DNA of 64,000 nt from Anaerolinea sp. (GTDB lineage Bacteria; Chloroflexota; Anaerolineae; Anaerolineales; Anaerolineaceae), in NCBI GenBank assembly GCA_013824865.1, contig PNON01000005.1, forward strand, positions 9,243 through 73,242, written 5' to 3'. Below the pieces are notes generated by a model. That model made no database searches, was not told the origin of the DNA, and worked only from the letters and a program-made list of their open reading frames with translations. Position 1 is the first letter of the stretch. Every line of letters starts with the position of its first letter. Position numbers and translations under genes: made by a program. This document shows, one piece after another, positions 10,331 through 21,636 of this stretch.

Positions 10331-11482
10331 TTAGTCGTCATCACCACCATCATCATTCTTATTATGGCACGTTGTGCAATCAGTAGCGGATGCGCTCCCG
10401 GTGGTATGGCAGCTCAGGCAAACTCCCCCTGCGTGTCCAATATTAAACCAGGGGTGCCCGATGTTAAAGGAAGGATATGAATGGCAGCTAGAACATTGCC
10501 CGCCTAAATGGTTCCCCGGACGTATATGGCAACTCTGGCAGTCACCACCAATGCTGTGGTTGAAAACACCAGCCGCCCACCCGGCGTCAGGGTTATGGCA
10601 GGACAAGCAATCACCAGAATAATGATTGGCTGGCTTACGGTTTTCGTGGCACTTGGCACAGGTTGTAACACCTGAATGATCATATGCGCCAGCTGCCCAT
10701 CCCAACAATGGAGTGTGGCATTGGGAACAATCTCCGCCAAAGTGATTAGCAGGACGTATTGCCTCATGACAATCCTGGCAAAGGATTGAAGCGACAGTTG
10801 CATGATCAAATATGATCTGATCCCAGCTTATAGGTGTATGACATAACCCGCAATCGCCTGGATAATGAATTACGGGTTTGTAGCTCTCATGGCAGTCCTG
10901 GCACGTTTTTCCATTTGCGCTGAAATCCGTGGAATGGCAGGCATTGCATTCCAACTCAGCATGCTTGCCAACCAGGGGAATGGAGTGATTTTCCAGAGTG
11001 ATTAATGATCGGTAAGCCCCATTAGGTGAATCTTTTTGAAGAATAAGAATCTGGAATGCTTTCCATTTCTTCCGTAAAGCCTTTAGTTCTTCGCTTTGGT
11101 TTCCGATACAACAGGTTTGAACCTGGTTATCACCGGAATGATAAAACTTAATTAGGCTATTATCTCTGGCTACAGATTTTTTTGGAATTGCATTGAGTAG
11201 TTGATTAAATGCCAGCATGGTCAATTTTGTCTTTTCTTCAGAGAATTTCTGTGAGGAATATAGATCATTTAACCTATACAGAAATAATTTTTGTGAATAA
11301 GTAAAGTGCCCAAAAGGTGTGATCGCAGTGCCCAGCCTGGCCTGTTCTATTTGGTATTGAAATTTATAAAGCTGATCACCATATTTGGCAAACCCGAAGT
11401 TAGATATTGCATATAGGAAAGCCCAAAGAATAAAAGCAACCCCGATGAAGATCAACAATAATCTTCTTATCACGCTTTTCAT
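10331..11482 (-). CDS. membrane-anchored multihaem c-type cytochrome (11 CXXCH motifs)
   Basis: 383 aa. It has an N-terminal TM/signal anchor (LLLIFIGVAFILWAFLYAI) and a ~170-aa haem-free region. Eleven CXXCH motifs follow: CNACH, CQDCH, CGLCH, CQDCH, CSQCH, CAKCH, CLSCH, CQSCH, CSSCH, CLSCH, CTTCH. They sit in repeated units of the form P-x-NH-x-GDC-xx-CH. The tail is acidic (NDDGGDDD). Confidence 0.8.
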   Translation of the reverse strand: MKSVIRRLLLIFIGVAFILWAFLYAISNFGFAKYGDQLYKFQYQIEQARLGTAITPFGHFTYSQKLFLYRLNDLYSSQKFSEEKTKLTMLAFNQLLNAIPKKSVARDNSLIKFYHSGDNQVQTCCIGNQSEELKALRKKWKAFQILILQKDSPNGAYRSLITLENHSIPLVGKHAELECNACHSTDFSANGKTCQDCHESYKPVIHYPGDCGLCHTPISWDQIIFDHATVASILCQDCHEAIRPANHFGGDCSQCHTPLLGWAAGAYDHSGVTTCAKCHENRKPANHYSGDCLSCHNPDAGWAAGVFNHSIGGDCQSCHIRPGNHLGGQCSSCHSYPSFNIGHPWFNIGHAGGVCLSCHTTGSASATDCTTCHNKNDDGGDDD

Positions 11483-11550
11483 AATTTTACTTTTTCCTTT
11501 GTATTAATATTTTCTAATAATTATGATACCAGATTTCCAAGACACTGGAA

Positions 11551-11559
11551 TGATATAAT
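11551..11559 (+). promoter_or_regulatory. extended -10 promoter element (TGaTATAAT) for tRNA-Arg
   Basis: TGATATAAT at 11551-11559, 16 nt upstream of the mature tRNA 5' end. No good -35 was found, which is consistent with an extended -10 promoter. Confidence 0.4.
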
Positions 11560-11575
11560 GATGATTATTTAGAAT

Positions 11576-11647
11576 GCCCCTGTAGCCTAGTGGATAAGGC
11601 GTCACCCTCCGGAGGTGAAAACCGGCGTTCGAGTCGCCGCAGGGGCA
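11576..11647 (+). tRNA. tRNA-Arg (anticodon CCG)
   Basis: Hand-folded cloverleaf: acceptor GCCCCTG/CAGGGGC, D-arm GCCT/AGGC, anticodon stem TCACC/GGTGA with loop CTCCGGA (CCG), T-arm CGGCG-TTCGAGT-CGCCG, discriminator A. CCA is not encoded. Confidence 0.9.
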
Positions 11648-11674
11648 CTTAATTAAACATCTCCAAGTAAAAAT

Positions 11675-11697
11675 AAATCACCTCAGAGGTGATTTTT
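11675..11697. terminator. bidirectional intrinsic terminator (tRNA-Arg on +, 247-aa gene on -)
   Basis: The hairpin is AAATCACC-tcaga-GGTGATTT, flanked by an A-run upstream and TTTTT downstream. Both strands therefore read stem plus U-tract. Confidence 0.6.
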
Positions 11698-11745
11698 GCA
11701 TCCTGGCGGGAAACACCGCGAGAATTAAATAGACACCTGATATTT

Positions 11746-12489
11746 TTAGGATTTGTATTTTTCGATGAAATCAAGCAGCAGTGGTAAATTAGGGATATTC
11801 CAGGCTGGTATGATTACCTGCTTCACCCCGGATGGATGCACTACATCCAGGATAAATTTTCCGGCTTTGACAGTCGCGTTGCCGACATCCTTCCAAGCGA
11901 TTTGCTGGTCTCCATGGGTCAATCCCGCATTATGGACTGAAATCTCCCTGAACTTTATAGATAATCCAATTTTTAGGTCTGATATCATCCGTGAATGAAT
12001 CAATGGAAAAACAGCAGATTCAATTTCACTTAACATTCTGTCAAACTTACGAATTTTGGATGAAAGGGTGGCGATTCCTTGCCGGGTATGTATTTCTAAT
12101 TTTCCAGTGCGCATCGGAAGTAAGAACAGGTAAGTTGTCTTATCAATTCGATATAATTCATCAATACCATTATAAGGAATCTCCCATTTGCTTTTCTTGC
12201 GGATGATCAACAGCCTTTCCTGGTTTAACTCCACTGTTACCTTCTTTTGGTTCAATAAAACAAGCATCAGGCCCAGGGTCACCAAAAGCAGCAAGAAAAG
12301 GATCACCACGTAAAAGAATGCTGAGCTTGTAGCCCGCGCTGTGCCATGATTGATTAATTCAAGAACTGAATCGAAATAACCATAAACCAGTGTTGCCACC
12401 ATGGTCGCCAAACCCAATACGAAGCAAAGCCAGGTAAACCAGTGCGGCTTTGTAGTATATTTCGTTTTCCGAAGGGGCTGATCACGCAC
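11746..12489 (-). CDS. hypothetical membrane protein (2 TM helices plus a cytoplasmic beta-rich domain)
   Basis: 247 aa, two N-terminal hydrophobic helices, no recognised catalytic motif, low GC. It lies 12 nt downstream of mreB on the same strand. Confidence 0.6.
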   Translation of the reverse strand: MRDQPLRKTKYTTKPHWFTWLCFVLGLATMVATLVYGYFDSVLELINHGTARATSSAFFYVVILFLLLLVTLGLMLVLLNQKKVTVELNQERLLIIRKKSKWEIPYNGIDELYRIDKTTYLFLLPMRTGKLEIHTRQGIATLSSKIRKFDRMLSEIESAVFPLIHSRMISDLKIGLSIKFREISVHNAGLTHGDQQIAWKDVGNATVKAGKFILDVVHPSGVKQVIIPAWNIPNLPLLLDFIEKYKS

Positions 12490-12501
12490 GTTATTTCTCC
12501 A

Positions 12502-13509
12502 CTATACAGGTGGGAGGTTCCTTTTTAGCTGTGGGTACAAAGCCAATCCCTTGATCGTGCCCTCGACTGTACAAGTCGCAGGGTTATCTACAAGGTAAGC
12601 AGGAATACCCAGTGACTTGGTGAGGTATTTATCGATACCCCGCAACAGTGCTCCGCCACCACATAATGCGGCTCCGCGGTCAATGATATCGGAAAGTAGT
12701 TCAGGCGGAGTCTTTTCCAGCACCCGTTTAATGCTTCCAACCATATCTTTTAGTGGCGCATCCAGCGCCTCAACAATATCCTCATTGGTAACTTCCAATG
12801 GTTTGGGCAGGCCACTCACCTGGTCTTGCCCCTGGATCTCGATCGAGCCAATCCGCGCGTTGGGGATGGCGCTGCCGATCCTTATCTTCAATTGCTCTGC
12901 AGTTGGCTGACCAATCAGGAGGCCATGTTTGCGTTTGATGTAGGAAATAATAGCCTCATCCAGAGCCAACCCACCACCTCGAAGTGTCTCAGCGCAAACG
13001 ATACCATTCATGGCCAGGATACCTGACTGTGTCGTTCCCCCGCCCATGGAAATGATCATATTCCCCGAGGGCGTGGAAATCGGTAAATCCACCCCAAGTG
13101 ATGCCGCAAGTGGCTGCCAGATCATAAATACTTCCCGCGCCCCAGCCCCAAGACAAGCTTCGTGTACCGCTCGCATTTCAACGCTGCTCACACCGTAAGG
13201 AATCGTGACCATCACCCGGGGTTTTATCAAACCCATCGGACCTGAAACTCTGCGTAAAAGATCACGTAGCAAATTTTCGGTAACTTCAAAATCAGCAATC
13301 ACGCCATTTTGCAGTGGCCGAAAGACTTCAATAGAATCTGGTACTCGTCCATACATGTCCGCGGCTGCTTTTCCCCACTCCACCATTTTCATTTCTTCCA
13401 GCAGAATGGCAACGATAGTTGGCTCCTGCAGGATAATCTGGTTGCCCTCCGCCACCTGGGTATTGATGGTGCCCAGGTCCACACCAATATCACGCGAGAA
13501 AAATGGCAT
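12502..13509 (-). CDS. mreB: rod-shape-determining actin homologue MreB
   Basis: 335 aa. It has the actin/Hsp70 phosphate-1 motif IGVDLGTINT, MGGGTT and ALCGGGALL, with MreB length and order. Confidence 0.92.
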   Translation of the reverse strand: MPFFSRDIGVDLGTINTQVAEGNQIILQEPTIVAILLEEMKMVEWGKAAADMYGRVPDSIEVFRPLQNGVIADFEVTENLLRDLLRRVSGPMGLIKPRVMVTIPYGVSSVEMRAVHEACLGAGAREVFMIWQPLAASLGVDLPISTPSGNMIISMGGGTTQSGILAMNGIVCAETLRGGGLALDEAIISYIKRKHGLLIGQPTAEQLKIRIGSAIPNARIGSIEIQGQDQVSGLPKPLEVTNEDIVEALDAPLKDMVGSIKRVLEKTPPELLSDIIDRGAALCGGGALLRGIDKYLTKSLGIPAYLVDNPATCTVEGTIKGLALYPQLKRNLPPV

Positions 13510-13614
13510 ATTGCCTTACCTTTCTAAAATATTATACATGGTAAGCAAGATATATGTATTTGCAAATAATTGATGTGCATAATTATTGCCACCAACAATA
13601 ACTTTAATCATTAT

Positions 13615-13645
13615 AAAAAACAGGCAGGACCAAAGTCGCTGCCCG
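13615..13645 (-). terminator. probable intrinsic terminator after atpC
   Basis: On the minus strand, the GGCAG/CTGCC stem (13623-13627 / 13639-13643) is followed by TTTTTT (complement of 13615-13620), about 25 nt after the atpC stop. Confidence 0.5.
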
Positions 13646-13668
13646 CTGAATACAATTCCGGTAACAAT

Positions 13669-14088
13669 TTATATGTGTGATTTTCGGTATTTGCGAACTG
13701 AATCCAACCTTAGATTCGAACGTTTCAAAGCTGCCTGAAGGGATAGATAGGTGTCAGTATCCTGCGGGATTGTTTTTTGCAGCAATTCTTCCGCCCGTTT
13801 ACGAGCTGCTTCTGCCCGGGTCACATCTATCTCATCAACATTCTCTGCAGAATCTGCCAGAATCGTAACCTGATCTGGCTGAACTTCCACAATTCCGCCG
13901 GCTACTGTGAATACCTTCTCGTCCGCCTTGCTGCGTACCCTGATCACGCCAAATTTTAATGTGGAAAGCAAAGGTGAGTGATTTGGAAGGATACCCATTT
14001 CACCAAGCGTGCCTGGAACCACAACGATATCTGCATCTCCAGAATAAATCGACCGATCTTGCGAAGTTATTTCTACATGGATAGGCAT
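13669..14088 (-). CDS. atpC: F1 ATP synthase subunit epsilon
   Basis: 139 aa, with a beta-sandwich plus helical hairpin pattern (VVVPGTLGEMGILPNHSPLLSTL). It follows atpD. Confidence 0.9.
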   Translation of the reverse strand: MPIHVEITSQDRSIYSGDADIVVVPGTLGEMGILPNHSPLLSTLKFGVIRVRSKADEKVFTVAGGIVEVQPDQVTILADSAENVDEIDVTRAEAARKRAEELLQKTIPQDTDTYLSLQAALKRSNLRLDSVRKYRKSHI

Positions 14089-14100
14089 CTGTTGCCTCTC

Positions 14101-16418
<2,318 letters not shown>

Positions 16419-16428
16419 AATCTACCTG

Positions 16429-18093
16429 TTACTCCACCCAGGACGAATTGAAAGTCTGGAGTGCTTGTTTTAGTTTGTCGGCTGTTTCCGTGGTGATCTG
16501 CTTCTTCTCAGCAATGTCCTTTGTGATATCCGGGAATGATGTGTCCATATACTTCAGCATTGCGGTTTCCCAGCTACGGACTTTTTCAACCGGAATTGCA
16601 TCGGTATAACCATTGGTCGCCGCAAACAGAGAGATCACCATGTTTGCCAGCGACATAGGTTCATATTGCCGTTGTTTCAGCATTTCTTGTAAGCGCTGGC
16701 CGCGGCTTAACTGCATCTGGGTAATCTTATCCAGGTCTGAACCGAACTGGGCAAAGGCTGCCAGTTCGCGATATGCAGCCATATCCATTCTTAGCCGTGC
16801 TGCCACCTGTTTGATCGCTTTAGTCTGGGCATTTCCACCTACGCGTGAGACTGATATACCCACATTGATTGCCGGACGGATACCCGCATTGAATAAATTT
16901 GACTCAAGATAGATCTGTCCATCCGTGATGGAGATGACATTGGTCGGAATATAAGCAGATACATCGCCCAGCAGGGTTTCGATGATCGGTAAAGCGGTTA
17001 GAGAACCACCGGTACCAGCCATGGGTACAACTTTGTAATCTGAGATGTCTTTAATGGTTTTTAATTCTTCTTCCGCCAGTTGCTTTGAAAGCGGCCCTTT
17101 ATAGACATGACCCTGATATGCATCTTCTTTTGAAGCAAATCCTTTGTCGAATTGAGTTGGCACAATGGCATAATCAATGGCCATGCGCGCAGCTCTTTCC
17201 AGCAAACGGGAATGCAGGTAAAACACATCCCCAGGATAAGCTTCACGGCCAGGCGGTCTGCGCAGCAATAATGAAACCTGGCGGTAAGCCCATGCGTGTT
17301 TGGATAGATCATCATAAACAACCAGTGCATCACGGCCGGCTTCCATAAACTCTTCGCCTATTGCGCAGCCTGCATAAGGTGCAATATACTGCATGGCTGC
17401 TGGTTCATCTGCTGAGGCCATCACTACGATAGTGTGGTCCATTGCACCGGACTGCTCTAAAAGCGCAATGGTACGGGCTACTGCTGCTTTTTTCTGCCCG
17501 ATGGCCACATAAATGCAGATCATGTCGGCACCTTTTTGATTGATGATTGTATCAATCGCCAATGCTGTCTTACCTGTTTGACGATCACCAATTATCAGTT
17601 CCCGTTGCCCGCGGCCAATGGGGATCATTGAGTCAATGGCTTTTATACCAGTTTGAACAGGGGTATCCACGTCTTGACGATCTATCACGCCTGGAGCAAT
17701 GCGTTCGATTGGCCGATAGGTGGTAGCAGCAATAGCTCCCTTGCCATCGATTGGCTGCCCAAGTGCGTTAATCACCCGGCCTATCAGTTTATTTCCAACC
17801 GGCACTGAAGCAATCCTTCCGGTAGTACTTACCAGCATCCCTTCGTTTATCCCTTGATAATCACCAAGAATGATGACGCCAACGCTATCTTTCTCGAGGT
17901 TGAAAGCGATACCCTGGATCCCATTGGTAAACTGTACCAGTTCCTGAGATTTTACTTTCGTCAGTCCCGCAACTTTTGCAATACCATCACCACATTCCAG
18001 CACTGTTCCAACATCTTTGACTTCAATTTGTGGTTGAAATGTCTCTATTTTTTGTTGCAGCTCTGTGGTAACCTGTTTGATCAGATCAGTCAT
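16429..18093 (-). CDS. atpA: F1 ATP synthase subunit alpha (with an internal insertion)
   Basis: 554 aa. It has Walker A GDRQTGKT and [11 protein letters not shown]. It is about 40-50 aa longer than typical alpha subunits because of extra sequence between LLERAA and GSLTAL. Confidence 0.95.
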   Translation of the reverse strand: MTDLIKQVTTELQQKIETFQPQIEVKDVGTVLECGDGIAKVAGLTKVKSQELVQFTNGIQGIAFNLEKDSVGVIILGDYQGINEGMLVSTTGRIASVPVGNKLIGRVINALGQPIDGKGAIAATTYRPIERIAPGVIDRQDVDTPVQTGIKAIDSMIPIGRGQRELIIGDRQTGKTALAIDTIINQKGADMICIYVAIGQKKAAVARTIALLEQSGAMDHTIVVMASADEPAAMQYIAPYAGCAIGEEFMEAGRDALVVYDDLSKHAWAYRQVSLLLRRPPGREAYPGDVFYLHSRLLERAARMAIDYAIVPTQFDKGFASKEDAYQGHVYKGPLSKQLAEEELKTIKDISDYKVVPMAGTGGSLTALPIIETLLGDVSAYIPTNVISITDGQIYLESNLFNAGIRPAINVGISVSRVGGNAQTKAIKQVAARLRMDMAAYRELAAFAQFGSDLDKITQMQLSRGQRLQEMLKQRQYEPMSLANMVISLFAATNGYTDAIPVEKVRSWETAMLKYMDTSFPDITKDIAEKKQITTETADKLKQALQTFNSSWVE

Positions 18094-18147
18094 TGATCCT
18101 CCAACCCTTTAATAATGATTACTGGTAATAGAATAAAAATCTTGAAT

Positions 18148-18176
18148 ATGATACCTGAAACATATTCTATTGTCTA
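18148..18176 (-). promoter_or_regulatory. candidate sigma70-type promoter for atpAGDC
   Basis: On the minus strand: TAGACA, 17 nt, TATCAT. This is followed about 50 nt later by GGAGG and the atpA ATG. Confidence 0.35.
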
Positions 18177-18188
18177 GTTTCACATCTG

Positions 18189-18767
18189 TTATTTGGAAAA
18201 ATAATTCAGCGCTGCCCGCAACCTGGGCTCAAGCGCATCTTCAGTTCCAGTTGGAATAGCCTGGATTGCCGCCTGACTCTCCACAATACTATACCCAAGC
18301 CCGGTTAGCGCTGTAAAAATCTCGGTATCGAGGTTGCTCAAAGCTGCCAACTTTTCTAACGGATGGATTGACCCAACTTTGTCCTCAAGGTGAAGCAATA
18401 TCTTTTGAGCTGTCTTCTTACCGATACCAGGCACCCTGCAGAAAACGTCTGCCTGCCCACTTCCAACAGCCTGCCGGATGGCATCCAGTGATAAAGTAGA
18501 TATAACAGCCAACGCTGTCCGGGGACCTATGCCATCTACTCCAAGCAAGATTACATAAAAATCTCGCTCTTCGCGTCGATCGAAGCCATATAATGTTAAG
18601 GCATCTTCACGTACCACCAGATGTGTGTGTAGCAGTGCCATTTCTCCAGTCTTAACCGATTCCTTCACTGAAGCAGGAACGAACACTTTCAAGCCCAACC
18701 CACCCAGGTTGACCACCAGGTTGTCTGTGTTGATCTCTAAGACTTCTCCCTGTAGAGTAGCTATCAT
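18189..18767 (-). CDS. ruvA: Holliday junction branch-migration complex subunit RuvA
   Basis: MIATLQGEV... is the canonical RuvA N-terminus, and HhH motifs are present (GIGPRTA, GIGKKTAQKI). The start is moved to ATG 18767 (GGAAGGA upstream), just after the stop of the upstream gene. Confidence 0.9.
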   Translation of the reverse strand: MIATLQGEVLEINTDNLVVNLGGLGLKVFVPASVKESVKTGEMALLHTHLVVREDALTLYGFDRREERDFYVILLGVDGIGPRTALAVISTLSLDAIRQAVGSGQADVFCRVPGIGKKTAQKILLHLEDKVGSIHPLEKLAALSNLDTEIFTALTGLGYSIVESQAAIQAIPTGTEDALEPRLRAALNYFSK

Positions 18768-18771
18768 TTGC

Positions 18772-19590
18772 TTATTCCTTCCTGCCTCCATGCTCGCGAT
18801 GCTGGTTTAGAATCTCATATAAGATAATCCCAGTTGCCATCGCTACGTTTAACGAGTCGCTTCGGCCCATCATGGGAATAGACACCAGTTGGTCACAGGC
18901 TTGCATCTCCTGGTCTGATAAACCCTGGCGCTCACTTCCCATCAATAATATCATTTGTTTTGGGTAAATTGCGCTGTGATAATCTGTTGCTGCTGCACCA
19001 GCCGCACCCACCGTGTGAATTTGCTCATGAGATTTCCATAGAATAAAATCATTCAAACTGCACTTCACCAGCCTGATATTAAATAGAGCGCCCATACTCG
19101 CCCGAATGGAAGTTGGATCATACGGATCAGTGCAATTATCTAGTAAAATGACGGTTCTTGCGCCGGCTGAATCCGCTGTGCGTAGGATGGTACCCAGATT
19201 GCCGGGGTCCGCAATTTCATCCAGAGCGATGATTATCCCCATACCTTCCAGGTCAATCTCATCTAACTCAAACCATCTTTGCTGGATCACCGCAGCCAAT
19301 CCTTGCGGCCCATCTTTCCCAGAAAGGTACCTGAATACATGCTCGCTTACCGACAGGGTTTTATCAAGGTATTTTTGCGAGAAATGTTCCACCAGCTTTC
19401 TTCCTGCCTGGCTGGTAAGTAGTGCATCGCAATAAACCAGCCATTTGAAATCAACGCCAAGTTCAAAGGCTTCTATGGCTATGCGCAATCCTTCAATGAA
19501 TGCCAGCCCGGTTTCATCCCTCCCCTTACGGATATGCAACCTGCGAACCTCTTTGATCCGAGGGTTGGCTGTACTGGTAACTTCGATCAC
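18772..19590 (-). CDS. TrmH/SpoU-family RNA 2'-O-methyltransferase
   Basis: 272 aa. It has an N-terminal substrate-binding domain plus SPOUT motifs (DPGNLGTILRTADSAG, LLMGSERQGLS, IPMMGRSDSLNVAMA). It overlaps ruvC by 4 nt. Confidence 0.8.
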   Translation of the reverse strand: MIEVTSTANPRIKEVRRLHIRKGRDETGLAFIEGLRIAIEAFELGVDFKWLVYCDALLTSQAGRKLVEHFSQKYLDKTLSVSEHVFRYLSGKDGPQGLAAVIQQRWFELDEIDLEGMGIIIALDEIADPGNLGTILRTADSAGARTVILLDNCTDPYDPTSIRASMGALFNIRLVKCSLNDFILWKSHEQIHTVGAAGAAATDYHSAIYPKQMILLMGSERQGLSDQEMQACDQLVSIPMMGRSDSLNVAMATGIILYEILNQHREHGGRKE

Positions 19591-20087
19591 CTAATCTCCC
19601 CGGTTAGCTGAGTATAACGTTGATGGTGATGATGGCAGATCGCCACAGCTAGCGCATCCGCGGCATCATCAGGTTTTGGCAACATATCCATATTAAGCAA
19701 TATTTTGACCATCTCCTGCACCTGCTTCTTCTCAGCATTCCCATACCCTGTCACGGCCTGTTTCACCTCCAGCGGGGTGTATTCTCCGATTGACAACCCC
19801 GCCTGGGCGAAGCATAATACCACCACCCCGCGTGCCTGTCCGACTGACATTGCAGTTGTAACGTTCTTATAAAAGAACAACTTCTCCACTGCCGCGGCTT
19901 GTGGCTGGTGAAGACGAATGATCTTATTAAGTTCCTCAAAAATAGTGAGAAGTCTTTTTTCTAAAGGAATCCCAGCTGGTGTCAGTATCGTCCCATAGCT
20001 AACCGTTGCCAGCTCTCCGCCGGAGCCATCCTCCACCACGCCATATCCAGTGGTTGCAGTTCCAGGATCAATTCCTAGAATGCGCAT
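19587..20087 (-). CDS. ruvC: crossover junction endodeoxyribonuclease RuvC
   Basis: 166 aa. It begins MRILGIDPGTATTGYGVV and contains DAADALAVAICH, the RuvC catalytic acidic residues. Confidence 0.92.
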   Translation of the reverse strand: MRILGIDPGTATTGYGVVEDGSGGELATVSYGTILTPAGIPLEKRLLTIFEELNKIIRLHQPQAAAVEKLFFYKNVTTAMSVGQARGVVVLCFAQAGLSIGEYTPLEVKQAVTGYGNAEKKQVQEMVKILLNMDMLPKPDDAADALAVAICHHHHQRYTQLTGEIR

Positions 20088-20091
20088 GGGG

Positions 20092-20847
20092 TTATTCAGA
20101 TTCTAATGCGGCTATGACTCCGTCCGTCATCTTCAGGTTATTAAAAACATTGACCACATCATCCAACTCTTCCAGTGCGTCAATCGTCTTCATCACCTGG
20201 ACTGCCTTTTCAGGTTCAATCTCGACATCCTGGGTGGGGAGCATGCGAATGCCCGCTTCATCCGGGAAGACTTTAATGGCGTGCAGCCTATCGGAGATAT
20301 TCTTATATTGCTCCACCGGCGCGATGATCTCAGCTGTGCCATCTTCCATATTTACATCATCAGCACCGCCTTCTAATGCCAGTTCGAAGATCTTATCTTC
20401 TTCCAACCCTTCCAGTGAGAATGAAAAGCAAGCTGCCTTCTTAAACTGCCAGCCAACCGAACCAGCTTCTGCCATGCTGCCACCACCTCTGGAGAGAAGA
20501 TGCCGAATCTCCGCGACAGTCCGATTACGATTATCTGTGACACATTCCATCATCACTGCCACGCCATGCCCCGCGTAACCTTCATAATACAACTGTTCCA
20601 TGGCCACGCCATCTTTACCTTCGCCTGTACCCTTTTTAATAGCCCGGTCAATATTTTCCTTCGGCATGTTTTGAGCACGGGCACGTTCGATGGCCATTGC
20701 CAGCCGGATATTCATACCCGGATCACCGCCGCCTTCGCGAGCTGCCATGACAACTTCACGAGCCAGTCGGGTGAAGATGGCGCCTTTTTTCGCATCGGCT
20801 GCGCCTTTTTTTCGCCGGATTGTTGCCCAATGTGAATGACCAGACAT
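20092..20847 (-). CDS. yebC: YebC/PmpR-family DNA-binding regulator
   Basis: 251 aa. The invariant N-terminus MSGHSHWATIRRKKGAADAKKG is present. Confidence 0.92.
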   Translation of the reverse strand: MSGHSHWATIRRKKGAADAKKGAIFTRLAREVVMAAREGGGDPGMNIRLAMAIERARAQNMPKENIDRAIKKGTGEGKDGVAMEQLYYEGYAGHGVAVMMECVTDNRNRTVAEIRHLLSRGGGSMAEAGSVGWQFKKAACFSFSLEGLEEDKIFELALEGGADDVNMEDGTAEIIAPVEQYKNISDRLHAIKVFPDEAGIRMLPTQDVEIEPEKAVQVMKTIDALEELDDVVNVFNNLKMTDGVIAALESE

Positions 20848-20982
20848 TCAGAGACTCCTCAAACCTGTATGGATTTATTCCGGATAGTATTATACCATTG
20901 ATAAAATTGGAGTCTAACTCAACTCGACTCAACTCGAAGATTGCAAGTATCAGGTATACTGTCTTTGATAAAGTTCAAAACA

Positions 20983-21636
20983 ATGAAAAGGCTTACTGCA
21001 ATCTTTCATCAATTCAAAGAAATCACTCCAATATTCCTCACCTTGATGCTCCTGGCTGGAGAAGCACAGCAATATTCTACAATTATCCCTCAAACAGGAA
21101 ATCCTCCTAAGCGAGAGAGCCACTTCTCATCTCCCCAAATGTCACGCGCGGAATTCATCCGGAGTGTATCCAATGGCGATCCTTTTTCATTGACCAGATT
21201 ATGGCTGCCTGGAATTGCCGGTCTTAATGTTGAATCTCAGCCAGCTGGTGAATACTCATATATTACTGAACTGCCCACTACGGTCAATCGTTTTCAACTG
21301 GCTGATTCATATGGTTCAATTGGGTTGCTGGCACACGCCCATCATGCCGGAGCATATTTCCATCAGTTGGTGAATGAGCAAAGCATCACTTTGATCTATG
21401 GAAACGGAACAACTGTGGATTATCTCATTCAGGATATTCTCGAATATCGGGCAACCGATCCATTGGATCCATTTACCGATTTTATGGACAGCGGTGACAC
21501 ACGGGTCATTCAGAAGGATTTGTTTTCCAGTATTTATTCCAAACCCGGCTGGTTAATTTTGCAAACTTGTATCATCAGGGGCAGCGAAAATATGTGGGGG
21601 CGAAAATTTATTATCGCTGAACCAGTTCGCCATTAA
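20983..21636 (+). CDS. secreted sortase-like protein (weak assignment)
   Basis: The start is placed at ATG 20983 (MKRLTAIF..., hydrophobic signal or anchor). Three features resemble the sortase beta-barrel order: LWLPGIAGLNVES (sortase N-motif-like), a His-rich segment LLAHAHHAG, and LILQTC (TLxTC-like Cys) followed by an Arg (GRKFII). This was not verified by any search. Confidence 0.45.
   Translation: MKRLTAIFHQFKEITPIFLTLMLLAGEAQQYSTIIPQTGNPPKRESHFSSPQMSRAEFIRSVSNGDPFSLTRLWLPGIAGLNVESQPAGEYSYITELPTTVNRFQLADSYGSIGLLAHAHHAGAYFHQLVNEQSITLIYGNGTTVDYLIQDILEYRATDPLDPFTDFMDSGDTRVIQKDLFSSIYSKPGWLILQTCIIRGSENMWGRKFIIAEPVRH

Noticed and set aside
20917-20936. Perfect tandem duplication ACTCAACTCG ACTCAACTCG in the yebC / sortase-like divergent spacer.
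   Set aside because: There are only two copies of a 10-mer and no further periodicity or symmetry. It is most likely a slippage duplication. It could be a regulator site, but there is no supporting evidence.
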